Source: Eledone cirrhosa (Eukaryota). Taken from it: a stretch of 64,000 nt of DNA. The stretch is from assembly GCA_964016885.1 (NCBI GenBank), contig OZ024741.1:93992001-94056000 (forward strand), in the 5' to 3' direction. Shown here one piece after another: positions 42,842 to 56,605 of the stretch. Position 1 is the stretch's first letter; the number at the start of each line of letters is the position of its first letter. Under the pieces are notes generated by a model. The model made no database searches. It was not told the origin of the DNA and was given only the letters and a program-made list of their open reading frames with translations. Position numbers and translations under genes: made by a program.

Positions 42842-44621
42842 GATAGACATAGAATATTCGAAAATATTCTGTATGTTTATAATAAACATTTTCAAGACCT
42901 AATCGCTATAGAATAGAATACGTCACGTATTACTATTAGATTCTCGATAAAAGCAAGGGAAGTAACCTACGCGTTTCATTCTTATTAGAAATCTTCAGGA
43001 TTACATATCCAGTGCTTTTATCGAGAATGACACAGCTAGAGACTTATAGAATACTTAGCTGTGTACAGGAACTGGTTTGAAAGAGCGGTTGCCGGTCCGG
43101 CAGAAATTAGAAATTGGAATAAATGCTCTGAAATAGCGATATATATGTGAAGATAGACATAGAATATTCGAAAATATTCTGTATGTTTATAATAAACATT
43201 TGAAGACCTAATCGCTATAGAATAGAATACGTCACGTATTACAATTAGATTCTCGATAAAAGCAAGGGAAGTAACCTACGCGTTTCATTCTTATTAGAAA
43301 TCTTCAGGATTACATATCCAGTGCTTTTATCGAGAATGACACAGCTAGAGACTTATAGAATACTTAGCTGTGTACAGGAACTGGTTTGAAAGAGCGGTTG
43401 CCGGTCCGGCAGAAATTAGAAATTGGAATAAATGCTCTGAAATAGCGATATATATGTGAAGATAGACATAGAATATTCGAAAATATTCTGTATGTTTATA
43501 ATAAACATTTTGAAGACCTAATCGCTATAGAATAGAATACGTCACGTATTACAATTAGATTCTCGATAAAAGCAAGGGAAGTAACCTACGCGTTTCATTC
43601 TTATTAGAAATCTTCAGGATTACATATCCAGTGCTTTTATCGAGAATGACACAGCTAGAGACTTATAGAATACTTAGCTGTGTACAGGAACTGGTTTGAA
43701 AGAGCGGTTGCCGGTCCGGCAGAAATTAGAAATTGGAATAAATGCTCTGAAATAGCGATATATATGTGAAGATAGACATAGAATATTCGAAAATATTCTG
43801 TATGTTTATAATAAACATTTTGAAGACCTAATCGCTATAGAATAGAATACGTCACGTATTACAATTAGATTCTCGATAAAAGCAAGGGAAGTAACCTACA
43901 CGTTTCATTCTTATTAGAAATCTTCAGGATTACATATCCAGTGCTTTTATCGAGAATGACACAGCTAGAGACTTATAGAATACTTAGCTGTGTACAGGAA
44001 CTGGTTTGAAAGAGCGGTTGCCGGTCCGGCAGAAATTAGAAATTGGAATAAATGCTCTGAAATAGCGATATATATGTGAAGATAGACATAGAATATTCGA
44101 AAATATTCTGTATGTTTATAATAAACATTTTGAAGACCTAATCGCTATAGAATAGAATACGTCACGTATTACAATTAGATTCTCGATAAAAGCAAGGGAA
44201 GTAACCTACGCGTTTCATTCTTATTAGAAATCTTTAGGATTACATATCCAGTGCTTTTATCGAGAATGACACAGCTAGAGACTTATAGAATACAGCTGTG
44301 TACAGGAACTGGTTTGAAAGAGCGGTTGCCGGTCCGGCAGAAATTAGAAATTGGAATAAATGCTCTGAAATAGCGATATATATGTGAAGATAGACATAGA
44401 ATATTCGAAAATATTCTGTATGTTTATAATAAACATTTTGAAGACCTAATCGCTATAGAATAGAATACGTCACGTATTACAATTTGAGATTCTCCAAACC
44501 AGTTCCTGTACACAGCTAAGTATTCTATAAGTCTCTAGCTGTGTCATTCTCGATAAAAGCACTGGATATGTAATCCTGAAGATTTCTAATAAGAATGAAA
44601 CGCGTAGGTTACTTCCCTTGC

Positions 44622-44625
<4 letters not shown>
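42839..44625 (-). mobile_element. Retrozyme-like tandem array: ~5.3 copies of a 308-310-bp unit, one hammerhead per unit, plus a terminal inverted partial copy
   Basis: Units start at 42839, 43149, 43458, 43768, 44078 and 44386. Minus-strand HHR gtaatc-CTGAAGA-t-ttct-aata-agaa-t-GAAA-CGCG-TA-ggttac at 42962, 43271, 43581, 43891 and 44201. Inverted copy at 44494-44625. Confidence 0.85.
44570..44612 (+). ncRNA. Minimal type I hammerhead ribozyme (inverted array copy, sense to the host gene)
   Basis: gtaatc-CTGAAGA-tttctaataagaat-GAAA-CGCG-TA-ggttac. Confidence 0.8.
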
Positions 44626-44709
<84 letters not shown>

Positions 44710-44739
44710 GCATATATTTATTTATATATATAATAAAAA

Positions 44740-45870
44740 ACAGAAGGCCGTTCTCGGTGGGCACCATCTGCTGTATCAAGCATAGTCTTGATATTCCAAG
44801 TGGCGAGCTTCAGTCTCTGTTTCTGTAAACCGTGTGATGCAAGTGTGTGCCTTTTACTTGTAGTTCGATCGCGTTTGGCAACGCTCATGAACCGTAGTTA
44901 TTTAATTGAAGCAAACAGTTATCATTAGAGAAAGTTGCTTGGTCGTTCAGGGTGCTGATGAATGAATTCCTTCTTTCGACGTCGACACCAGGCGACACAT
45001 ACAACTGAACCACTTGCATGTGGGTGATTGGAACATCAGCTCCAGTGTCGTCTTCCACCTACCATTTTCGCTCCTTGCCTACGTAATGGAATTTTTAAGT
45101 CGAGTGTAATGTGTACACTACGACCCTCATCAATTACACCAGAGATACATCTGCCATAGCCATGCAAGCTTGGACGGTGACAGCAAGATCCTCTGGTCGT
45201 ATGTGTTATGTTTGATTGTCCATCTCCTAGATGGATGAGCTAACCATGTCTATCGTACCCCCACCTGCTCAGGTTTGGAGTCAGAACTGACCTTCTTGTA
45301 AGCTAATATGCCTAGCCTACTCATCTGGTTATACCGCCGGACACATTGTTGCGCCATGACATAGCTACTTCTGTTGAAAGCAAAAGGTTCGAACAAAAAT
45401 GCATTGCTGCAAGCGCAGTAGTATGGGCGAGTCCATTTTAGTGACCTTCTGCCAAGCAATCTAGACAAGGGTCAAGTAAGATGTGCTACATCAGGTAGGG
45501 AGAAACTATATGTTGCACAAGTTAGTAGGGTAGGGGGGTTGCCCTCTCCTAAATAGAGGTTCTGACTAGAACTAGAGGTCCTTCATTCCCGATGGTCTTA
45601 TTGCTTGCTTTTTTACCAGATTGTGTCTTCGTGTTTACGAGATCTGTGTCTTCGAGTAATGATGCTTGACGTGCATAGACCCCTGCTGAAGACAGTTCAC
45701 CAGTTCAGCTACAAGGAATGCACCTTTTCGTCAGATTCCAAGATTGACAAGATTGATAGCAAACTGGCAAAGGTAAATAGTGCATTCGGTAGGCTGTACA
45801 AAAAGGCTTGAAGCAACAGGCACCTACGAAAAAGCACCAAGATGTGTGTACAGAGTCGTCGTTATACTGA
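44740..45870 (+). pseudogene. Degenerate RTE (BovB-like) LINE fragments
   Basis: PLLKTVHQFSY..CTFSSDSKID...KLAKVNSAFGRL...TKMCVYRVVVI at ~45680-45870. The upstream boundary is uncertain. Confidence 0.55.
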
Positions 45871-45976
45871 TAACACACACACACACCTAGTGGTTTCCAG
45901 AGGTTGACTGAAGAGATGGGACTCTCCGTCTTTTCGTTGTTTTTTTTCGATTGCTTTTGTCCTGTGCGCACCCTTT

Positions 45977-46048
<72 letters not shown>

Positions 46049-46201
46049 GTATATATATAATAGAATCTTTCGCCGTATTTTTGACTAAAGAAATATTTTT
46101 AACCTGACGTCAATACTCATTTTTTTCCATTTCTTTGAGGGTTCTAAACTCCACTACCAAGCTAAAAAAATTCAAACTCGCTCACTGTTTCAAAACATAC
46201 T

Positions 46202-46379
<178 letters not shown>

Positions 46380-46603
46380 ATATATATATATATGTATGTA
46401 TATATATATATGTATATATGTAAATATATATATATATATATATATCTCCAGGGAGTGTAACTTGGAGTTATTGTAGGTTCACCCGGGTGAGCACTCGATG
46501 TTTAGGTTCACTTCAGTGTCGAGGTGTAGAGCTATACAGAGTGTATTATAGTTAAATAAAATAACAAGGACGATTTGTTACTCCTTCATTACGTTTATTG
46601 GTT

Positions 46604-46688
46604 GGTGACGCTCGTTTCGCTACTCACCAGCTGAAGGTACGATCTGTATCGATGTGACCTGACTCTGTAATCCGCGGCTCGTCAGACC
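46604..46688 (-). ncRNA. Type I hammerhead ribozyme with large stem II insertion, inside fold-back 46548-46766
   Basis: Minus strand: ggt-CTGACGA-gc[~55 nt]gc-GAAA-CG-ag-CG-TC-acc (GUC site). Confidence 0.7.
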
Positions 46689-46759
46689 GCTTGTAATTAC
46701 GCGCGTCACCAACCAATAAACGTAATGAAGGAGTAACCAATCGTCCTTGTTATCTTATT

Positions 46760-46824
<65 letters not shown>

Positions 46825-47685
46825 GCAGAAGAATTTTGCTTTTAAGTAATTGTTACGTCATAACTTCTTGAGGATAAACCGGTCCTAGAGATTCAAAAGC
46901 ACTTCACGTCAGTAGTTTATCCCCGGTAGGTGTTGGTGATTATGAGTGATGGAGTATTCATTTCTCAAATAAGTCTAGTTAAGACGGGATTAAATCACCA
47001 TAATTGTTTATTACATGATATGTATTTATGTTACATGGTTATTCATGTGATTTCATCAGATGCTTACGTAATCATAGGTGCAGTTATGCAATCATTGGGA
47101 TAGTGGTCATGTATGACCATCCTGTAGTGATGTCAGCTGGCTGAGGTTGTAGCTACCACATAGCAGTTACTAATCGAGTTGTTTGAGGCATTCAGAAAGC
47201 ACTCAATGGATCGATAAGCTAAACATTATCGTCCAGAGTAAAACACAACAGTTACAAAGTGTGACACCAAGAAAAACGACCGAATGTAGTGGCTATGCTT
47301 ATACCACAACAACGATAAATACATAAAGAATATATATAGATCCCGAGAGAAATCGGGGAGTAACCACAGTTAAAAAGTACTCAATACTTTAGTAGAGTGT
47401 ACACATTCTAATATAGAATTGTCTTCTACAGGTCAAAAACTGTCTCATTCGTATGAAATCTTCAGGAATGCTGGGGGACATGGGGTGTCGTTGATACTTA
47501 TAGATTTCATAGTGGTTGTGGGTAGTTGTTGTAGGGCGCCTTATTTTAAGGAGCAGATATCAAGTAGTGGATTAGAGGTGGGTTGGAGAAGGGGAAGGGA
47601 GGTAGGAGGTGAGAGTAGAGAAAATGGGAAGAAAGGAAGAGAGTTCTTTGAGTAGGTGGAGAAGAATTTCAAAATCTTTTGAAAT

Positions 47686-47733
<48 letters not shown>

Positions 47734-48320
47734 TAATATACCTCTAATTAAATAGTATATAATCGGAAGCGTTCTGACACACACACACACACACACACAT
47801 ACACACACACACGCACGCACGCATATACGCAAATGTACACACACACACCCGTACAAACACACGTACTCACACAAATGTATGAAAGGCTAAAAAATACTTA
47901 GTGTGGGAAATGGACTATAATTAAATATATATTTTTCCCATATCGTTTTGAAATGCTGGTTGATTATTACACCACTGTCTTAGAGGATCGGTAAAGAAAT
48001 CTGGTTGACACGTGTTCTATATTCACGTAGGTCAAGCAAGACAAGTTATGAATAACAACAATACTCTCCTATACATCAGAGGTCACACGTGTGAACTATA
48101 TATTCCTTAAGTTGCAATGATTGAATCTATTTTTAACATATTGCTTAGTCACACTTTAGTACACCTCTTAATCTGTTGTGTGCAGCATATTTAATAAACT
48201 GTAGTTTTTCAACATTTCAATTATGCTGCTTCTCGTATGATGAAAACTGCGACACGTCTTCAATCTCCGTTTGAAACCATCTTCATTTGCTTATATCGCT
48301 AATGTTCCACCATTATTTGA

Positions 48321-48921
48321 AGGGCGGTGGAATGGCAGTATTGGTAGAGAGTCGGACGCCATGCTTTCCAGCGTAGTTACGTCCCTTTACGGTCTGAGTT
48401 CAAATCCCGCCGAGGTTGACTTTGCCTTTCATCCTTACGGGGTCGATAAAATAAAGTACCAGTAATGCACTGGGTAATTGCTGGCCTTGTGCCAAAAGTA
48501 GAAACAATTATTTGAATGGATTGGCAGTATCCGTAGAGGGTTGGACGCCATGCTTTGACGCGTAGAGTTACGGCCCTTGCCATTCTGAGTTTAAATCGCG
48601 CCGAGGTGAACTTTGCCTTTCATCCTTACAGGGTCAATAAAGTAAAGCCCCAGGAATGCACTGGGGTAATTGCTGGCCTTGTGCCAAAAAGTAGAAACAA
48701 TTATTTGAATATTGGCAGTATCGGTAGAGCATCGGACATCATGCTTCGTGGCATAGAGTTATGACCCTTTACGTTCTGAGTTCAAATCCTGCGGAGGTTA
48801 GCTTTGCCTTTCATCCTTACGGGGTCGATGAAATAAAGTAGCAGTAATGCACTGGACTAATCGACTTTCCTCTCCCCTTCAAATTGCTGGCCTTGTGACT
48901 AAAATAGAAACAATTATTTGA
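48321..48921 (+). mobile_element. Head-to-tail trimer of the tRNA-derived SINE
   Basis: Units at ~48321, ~48516 and ~48709, each ending agaaacaattatttgaat. Confidence 0.85.
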
Positions 48922-49336
48922 ATAGTTAGTAAAGACGGCAGTGGTGCTGGTATGTTGAGGCATAGTAGTGGTAGTGGTGGTAGTTGTGCTAGTAGCTGAG
49001 GTATAGTGGTGGTAGTGGTGCTGGTATGTTGAGGTGTAGTGGTTGTAGTGGCGGTTGTGGTGCTGGTATGTTGAAATTAGGGATAATTATCTACTACACA
49101 ACATCATTGTGAGAGCTATTGACACGTTTTAGCTATATTAGATCTCACCAGCGAAGCATTGTCTCCTTAAATCTGCTCAATCAATAAATACAAATTTTAT
49201 ACAAAAAGAAACAAAGATTTAGGAACCTTTTTGATAAGAGTAATTTTATAAGTAAAAAGAGTAAGCTCAAGTGTGCCAATGGCATGGATTTAGATAGATC
49301 ATTTTTTTTTAAGTGTGAAAATGTCTTGAAAATTTC

Positions 49337-49428
<92 letters not shown>

Positions 49429-50379
49429 AAAGCACATATGAAAAAAAGACTATTCACATAGCAAAAAGGAAAATAAAAAAAAAAAAAATCTAAAATAACG
49501 TGTTACTGTATCACGTTGACTGAGTTATGAAATGGACTTACGTTGTGAATAAGTCGTATTTGTTTTCTATTCTACCGAAGAAGATATTTCTGAAATGTCT
49601 TCCTCCAAGAAATCTCAGTCTTCATATAATTTATTTTAAGGAGACAATGAATTTGTCTGTTTCCAAGAAAATAGATTGATTCTGTATCTCGAGTATATGC
49701 TTGTCTATATTGTATTGTTAATAATAGCTAAAACCGATAAGTGAGTAAAATATCAAAACTGTGTGGTTTCAGATGTTAATATTGCCTTGAGCAATACACC
49801 TGGAGTTGCATTAAAAGAATAGATTAGTTTCTCGGAAACGAATGTACACATTTAACTTCGCTCACCCCCAGAAACCATCGAGGCCGATGCAGTTAATGTT
49901 TCTATTGGATAGTTGTAGTCTATGGAAGCAGGAAAACACGTACATGTAGGGAATTCGACAGGGCCAAAGTTCTGCAGACAAAAGAGAATTTTTTGTAGAG
50001 GTTAATACAGAGCTTCGAGGTGACGGCAGTGTGTGCGCGCGTGTGTTTTGGCGGTGGTAGGGGTTAAATATGTGTGACAAGATATGGGCAAACGTGTTCC
50101 TTGGAAGGAGCTGCAGGAAAGGCAGAGTGAGTCAGATGCTGGAATGTGTTGGCAAGTTGATTCATGCCAATCAGTTGGGTGGACATTTTTAAAAATGCGG
50201 TCTAGAATAACTGATTATGTTTCAGCAGTACTCCACCGTGCTTTACTAGACGAAAGCAGTACTGCATTGTGCATTAGTAAACGGCTTGTAATTGGGTGAT
50301 GCAAATTTTGCTACGTTAAATGAAAACAATCAATACATACTTCTCTATTCTGTCCGCCGGGGCTGTGGGGAGGCCACCA

Positions 50380-50524
50380 ATATGATTGACTGACTTGTCA
50401 TTTTATCAGTCACACAAACATTATATATATATATATATAATGTGTGTGTCAGTCACACAAACATTATATATATATATATATAATATGTGTGTGACTGATA
50501 AAATGACAAGTCAGTCAATCATAT
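50380..50524. repeat. Short inverted repeat with internal duplication and TA spacer
   Basis: atatgattgactgacttgtcattttatcagtcacaca pairs with tgtgtgactgataaaatgacaagtcagtcaatcatat. Confidence 0.85.
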
Positions 50525-51129
50525 ATCAGACGTAAAATGGGTTCATCACGGTGGGATTCTGTCTGATTGCTCGAGCAATTTGTTCAAGACTGGGCAAAGG
50601 GAAAGTTGACATACTTCTGCCTCACAAAATGGTAGCTTTTATATGCTCTCATCATTATTATTATCATCATTCTCATTATTATTATAATTGCGACCCTCGG
50701 AAGTCTCCCCCTCCCCTATTGGGGAATTTTTCATTGTTTTTGCTACATCCTCTGTTTTTTTTTTTTTTACACTCAGAAATGCCCATTTGTGTTGTCCTTA
50801 ATGTTATATTTTGTGTCAACCCCTGTGGTTAATAAAGAAAGCATTATTATTATTAATATTGTTGCTGCTGCTGTTAATTTTATGTTATTGTTATTGTTGC
50901 AATTGTTAGTAGTGTTCAATTGCTTTGTGTATGAGAGAATGTGTGTCAATTATTAAAGTTAGTGATCTTGACAGTCAGTAACCAATCTTGATTTACCAGT
51001 TAGGCGATACGAATTACATGTTACTATGTTTATTCTCATGAACCCAAACGGAAAAAAACTTTTCTACTTTCCTCATCCCTGCAAAACGCATTATACAATG
51101 GTAAAGAGTTTCAGACGGTAATACGCGAA

Positions 51130-51166
<37 letters not shown>

Positions 51167-51183
51167 TAATAATAATAATATCA

Positions 51184-51372
51184 ATAATTGTTTCTACTTT
51201 TGGCACAGGGCCAGTAATTACTCAGTGCATTACTGGTACTTTATTTTATCGACCCGCGTAAGGATGAAAGGCAAAGTTAACCTCAGCGGGATTTGAACTC
51301 AGACCATAAAGGGATGTAACTCTTTGCTTGCAAAGCATGGCGTCCGACCCTCTACCGATACTGCTAATCCAC
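51184..51372 (-). mobile_element. tRNA-derived SINE
   Basis: Reverse complement of the SINE consensus. Confidence 0.85.
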
Positions 51373-51618
51373 TGAATAATACAAGGACGATTTGTTAAGC
51401 CTTCATTACGTTTATTGATTGGTGACACGCGTTTCGCTATTGATCAGTTCAAGGTTCGATCTGTATCGATCTGGCCTGACTCTGGAATCAAAAGCACATC
51501 GGACCTCTGGTGTTGTATTATTATATTACACTCTGTTTAGCTCCACACCTCGCTACTGACGTGAACCTAAACATCGAGTGGTCACCTGGGTGAACATACA
51601 GTAACTTCACGTTACACT

Positions 51619-51655
<37 letters not shown>

Positions 51656-51833
51656 TAAAAGGAAAAGAAAATGCTGACAAATTGTTCCCAGTGAAAAATA
51701 GTTTAATTAGGAATAAGTAAAAATTAGTAATAAGTATTGGTTAGTATTCAGTTTTAGTTTTAAGTTTTTACCGGTTGCGCATTTCTAATGCTTTTCAAAA
51801 ATAATTTTGAGATAGAGCGCCCGTGATATTTGC

Positions 51834-52110
<277 letters not shown>

Positions 52111-54238
52111 TAAAAAAACCATCTCGGTCAAGTATATATATATATGTGTGTGTGTGTGTGTGGGGGGGGGATTCTATGTGTATATATATATACACACACA
52201 CACATATATATATGAAAAAAGGGAAAGAATGATTCCACTGGTGGTTGATATTCTTTAGTAATTCAAATATTTACATTGCTATATTAGTTCTGGTAAGTCC
52301 TTGTTATCTCTTAGGAGAATTTTCTCGCATTCGGTGCGATTTTCAAACTAGTCTATTGTGTTGTGTTGAAGATAGATATATACATATAGAGAGTCAGATG
52401 ATAGGGGGTCTGGGAGTAGAGCAGAGTATATATGAATGGATTTAATTACAGATGAATGAGTTTAATAAAAATTAAAACTTAATAAAAATTAAAAAAAAAA
52501 ATTTAAAGAATAATTTCTTTTGTCATTTTTTGATGATTAGGGAAATAAAGATGGGGTAAGAATGCTATTGAGGTTCTGTTATAATGGCCAGATAGAAATG
52601 ATTTAAGTGACATTGGTGATTAAAGTGACAAAGTTGAAAAAGCAATAAAATATTGGTAGATTTTATAAATGTGGAAGATTTTTTAATGATAGGAGAGGTT
52701 GATTAAGTGTGTGGAGTGTATGTACAAATGGGAGGTTGTAAATCAAGAAAGGGCACATGTCATTTTTTTTATGATAGGGAAGTGGAAACGGTGATGGTCA
52801 GATAAAGATGAACTAAGTGACATCGGTGATAAAGTTGAGAGAGCAATAAGATGTTGGTGTATTTTACAAATGTTTCATGATAGGAAAGGTTGATTAACTT
52901 TTATTGTTGATTAAACTTTATTGACACATGACCAAAAGAAAGTTAATGATAAGTGTATTTATATATTATATTTGGAAAAACTGTATATGTTTGTCCGCCC
53001 TTCTGTCCGACTGTCTGTCTATTTGCCTGCCTGTATGTATGTATGAATGTATGTATGTATATATATATATATAGTGTCAGGTCGCTCTCGAGTGCTACTA
53101 GTAACATGTAACCCAGTACAACCTGTCTCATGGACGGGTTGTCGGCGACTAAACCGACAACCCCACCAAGCTTGCTTGGTGAGGAGGGTGATATTTGGAC
53201 ACTCTACCGGATGAAATACAAGAGCAGGCAACGCCCATCCAAACGGTACTTTTTTTGTTTACCTGGGAGTGAAAGGCCTCTAGTTGTTGTCACAACACCT
53301 TTCTAGGAGAGGGAAACTCTGAAGAAAAACCTACAGCTTCGGAAGCATCCGATGATGTCGACCAGTTCTCCTTTTCGGGTAGTGTTTTCGATGCTCAGAG
53401 AGTGGGATTGGTGGAGTGCAAGGGCTTTCCCCACTTAAAATCCCTTCAACGCACAGGCATTTCTTGTTCAGGATCTGTTACAGATTCGTGTGGCTGGCCG
53501 TAGTCTAAAAGTGCACCATTTTCTGTAATCTGACAAGCGATTGCAATACGCTTAGCAGAGTTTTCAGCCATCGCTTCATGGAATACCCACACGCAGAAAT
53601 TGACCAACAACCAATCCACTAAACATCTTCGGAATTTACCAACTTTTCAACCATCCTCTTACGTAATCACCTATATAACTCACCCACACACACACCCCCC
53701 CAAAAATTTTTTCTCCACACGCCACCTACACCCACAACACGCTTAAACCCCACACACACGTGCTTTCCACCATATATTTACACCCTCAGCCTCCTGATTC
53801 CTCTCCCCCCACCCCTCTATCCACACACGCACAGACACTCCGACCCCCCCACACACCTCTTCCTGAACATGCAACCCCGTTCTTCCCCCAACCCTTACTT
53901 TCACATACACACACACACACACACACACGCACACCTACACACACACACCACCTTCAGCCCTCCCCGCTCGGACACCCCGTCTCCCTCTCCCCACTCCACC
54001 CTCCACCACCCCTAACACACCCCACACCCTTCCACCACCTGTTTACCCCCCTTTTAATTTCAGTTTATTTTGATCATGCCTTTATTTTTAAATTTATCTC
54101 ATTCCTTGTATTTTGATCATGTTTTATTTTTATTTTTATCTTTATTTTTTATTTTTTCATTCGCACCCTTTCCTTTCGCTATATGTCTCTCCACCACTCC
54201 CCTACACACCCTTTGAACTCTGTTCCCACACACTTCTC

Positions 54239-54270
54239 ACCTGAGGAAGGGCTTATGCCCGAAACGTCGT
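54239..54270 (+). ncRNA. Minimal hammerhead motif in a Penelope-like 3' end
   Basis: ac-CTGAGGA-a-gggc-ttat-gccc-GAAA-CG-TC-gt. Stem I is only 2 bp. An AATAAA follows at ~54308, then (TA)n. Confidence 0.55.
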
Positions 54271-54359
54271 CCCCCCACCAACACCCCACTCTCCAGAGCG
54301 TGAAATTAATAAACATTCGTTGTACTGCCTCTTTGTTTTGTCCCTGTTCAAATTTTTCC

Positions 54360-54403
<44 letters not shown>

Positions 54404-54425
54404 GAGACAGACAAACAGACATATG

Positions 54426-54496
<71 letters not shown>

Positions 54497-55279
54497 ATCC
54501 CGGATTCAATCGGAGGTAACGACAGTAAGTAAAGTTCTCAATATATAGTAGAATATATAATGTTTAATATAGAAATTGTTTCTACAGGACTAGAACTTTT
54601 TCATTCGAAGGAAATCATTAGGAAATATATAATATTAGTTCGATTAAAATAACAGGAGACCGGACTGGTGATGTTCCTTTAAAGTTTTATTGTTGCAAAA
54701 ACAATATATATATTTCATTGCCTGGTTACGTAAGATCCTTCCCCGAATAGCTAGCTCATCAATGCAAAGCATTGTGGGTTTGGTAGGCTCGACCAAGGTG
54801 GGTGAGGGGCTAATAAATACTACCATGCCATTAATGACAGCTACTCTGACGATAGAGATCGAGGTGAGGGGAGCAGGTCTTATGTGAATATACACTGGCC
54901 AAAACCAACTAAGTGCGACAGTGGAGAAGATCAGGTTACAGTAGATATGGAGGTCAGGTTATACAAATTTATAAAACGCGCCCACGCCGAAAAAATTTAT
55001 AAAGCGTTTAATATATATATATATATATATATCGTTTCTGAACTTGTTTAGCAAGATTCTTTATCTTTAAACGTTTGTTGAAACTGATATTGTTATACTT
55101 TGGGAGGGTCATGTTGCCAATAAGAAACACACCGGTTGTGGAACCAACCAACCAACCGGAAATTTATAAATTCTTAAATTTATAAATTTAATTTATAATA
55201 AATTGGAGTGAAAGCACCTGGTGCGTGTGTTACTTATTGACAACATGACCCCCCAAAGTATAAAAATATATATATAACA

Positions 55280-55311
<32 letters not shown>

Positions 55312-55312
55312 A

Positions 55313-56505
55313 TAGGGTGCGTCAGGTTTCTAAGAACATTTGCATGAATTTAGAACAAGAAGTATAGCAAATCAAAGAGATAATATATTTAGATAAAAAT
55401 TGGTATAAGTATTATTTACAATACATTTATGATGTCTATTTAATTAATCCTCCGTTAGCTTCAATGGTTACTTCAATACGGGGTCTGAAGCGTTGGCATG
55501 CCCGAATCAAATGATCCCTATCAATAGTGGATATTGTGCGGGTATTGACCGATTTGAGTGTTTCTATAGTGTTGTGAGGGTGATGATTGATCTCCCTTTC
55601 AACTACACACCATAGTCCAGAGGATTGAGGTCTGGGGAACTAGGAGGCCGTGTGTCTGAAAGAACGTGGTTATGGAGATCGTTACACATCCATGCTTGCG
55701 TCATTCCGGCTTTATGAGAGGGCATGGAGTCTTTCATTGCTTACCCTGTCTATCCAAGGGATTCACAACTGTCTCCAGTACCTCCAGCAGCATTGACTAT
55801 TAAGCCCTCGGAAAAAATGAAGAAGCATCTCCCTCGTTGCTAATGACACTCAGCACCATAACAGTCGTTAGAAATTTTTTGCGCATGACCATTGGAACCT
55901 CATTTTGGTCTCTGCATAGCCAGCTATTGTTCCTTCGGTTTATCGTTTTTGTCACCAAAAAAGAACCAAAGCATTCCAGCTCTTTGGTGTTTTATCTTAT
56001 TCAGTAAGTGCTTTGCACTATCCAAACATTTTTCTTTTGTCAAATCCGACATAAACTGGCCTCTCCAAATCACATACGAATTGTATCTGATGTCTCCATG
56101 GACAACTTTTCTGATGCTTCATTCTGAAACATTAAGGTCCTTTGCGATGGTTCTTTAATTTTCCCGTAGTTTTATCGATCAATTTTTAAACTATTTTTTA
56201 CAAACTTAAGCGTTCTGATTGTATTAAGACGTTGTGCATGCGTTTTGTGCTTGGCTGCTAATGTGGGATCCCCGTCAGCATCTTCCATATCCTTTCTAGC
56301 TTTGACGATGAAGGAGGGGGGAACTTTCAAGAAGGAAGCTATCACTGTATCAATATGCTGTACTTTTAAGGCAACGTGCCTCTTCATTTGCCGAGTCAAT
56401 TTAATGTCTGGCATTATTTATCTAAGAAATTAAAAAACAAAAACAAATTAATAATAAGAAAGTTAGAGCTCAAGAAAGAGGTGTCCCAAAATCTGACGCA
56501 CCCTG
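55313..56505 (-). mobile_element. Degenerate Tc1/mariner transposon
   Basis: TIRs agggtgcgtcag / ctgacgcaccct with TA on both sides. The minus strand encodes PPSSPDLNPLDY at ~55610-55650. Confidence 0.85.
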
Positions 56506-56605
56506 TATATGTACATCTTTGTATATGTATATGTATGTATGCATGTATGTATGTATATATGTATGTACGTATGTATGTATATTGGTTGTAAAAGAAAAGA
56601 AATTG

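Noticed and set aside
42839-44485. Array as a CRISPR locus or plain satellite
   Set aside because: No unique spacers or cas genes, and the context is eukaryotic. The per-unit ribozyme core and terminal inversion argue against a simple satellite.
53078-53175. HDV-like ribozyme at the structured 5' end of the RTE-like repeat (also 28230-28320, 41220-41310, 57070-57165)
   Set aside because: Hairpins and a CUAA/CCAA motif are present and RTE elements can carry HDV-like ribozymes, but I could not fit P1/P3/L3 with the required spacing. A descriptor search would settle it.
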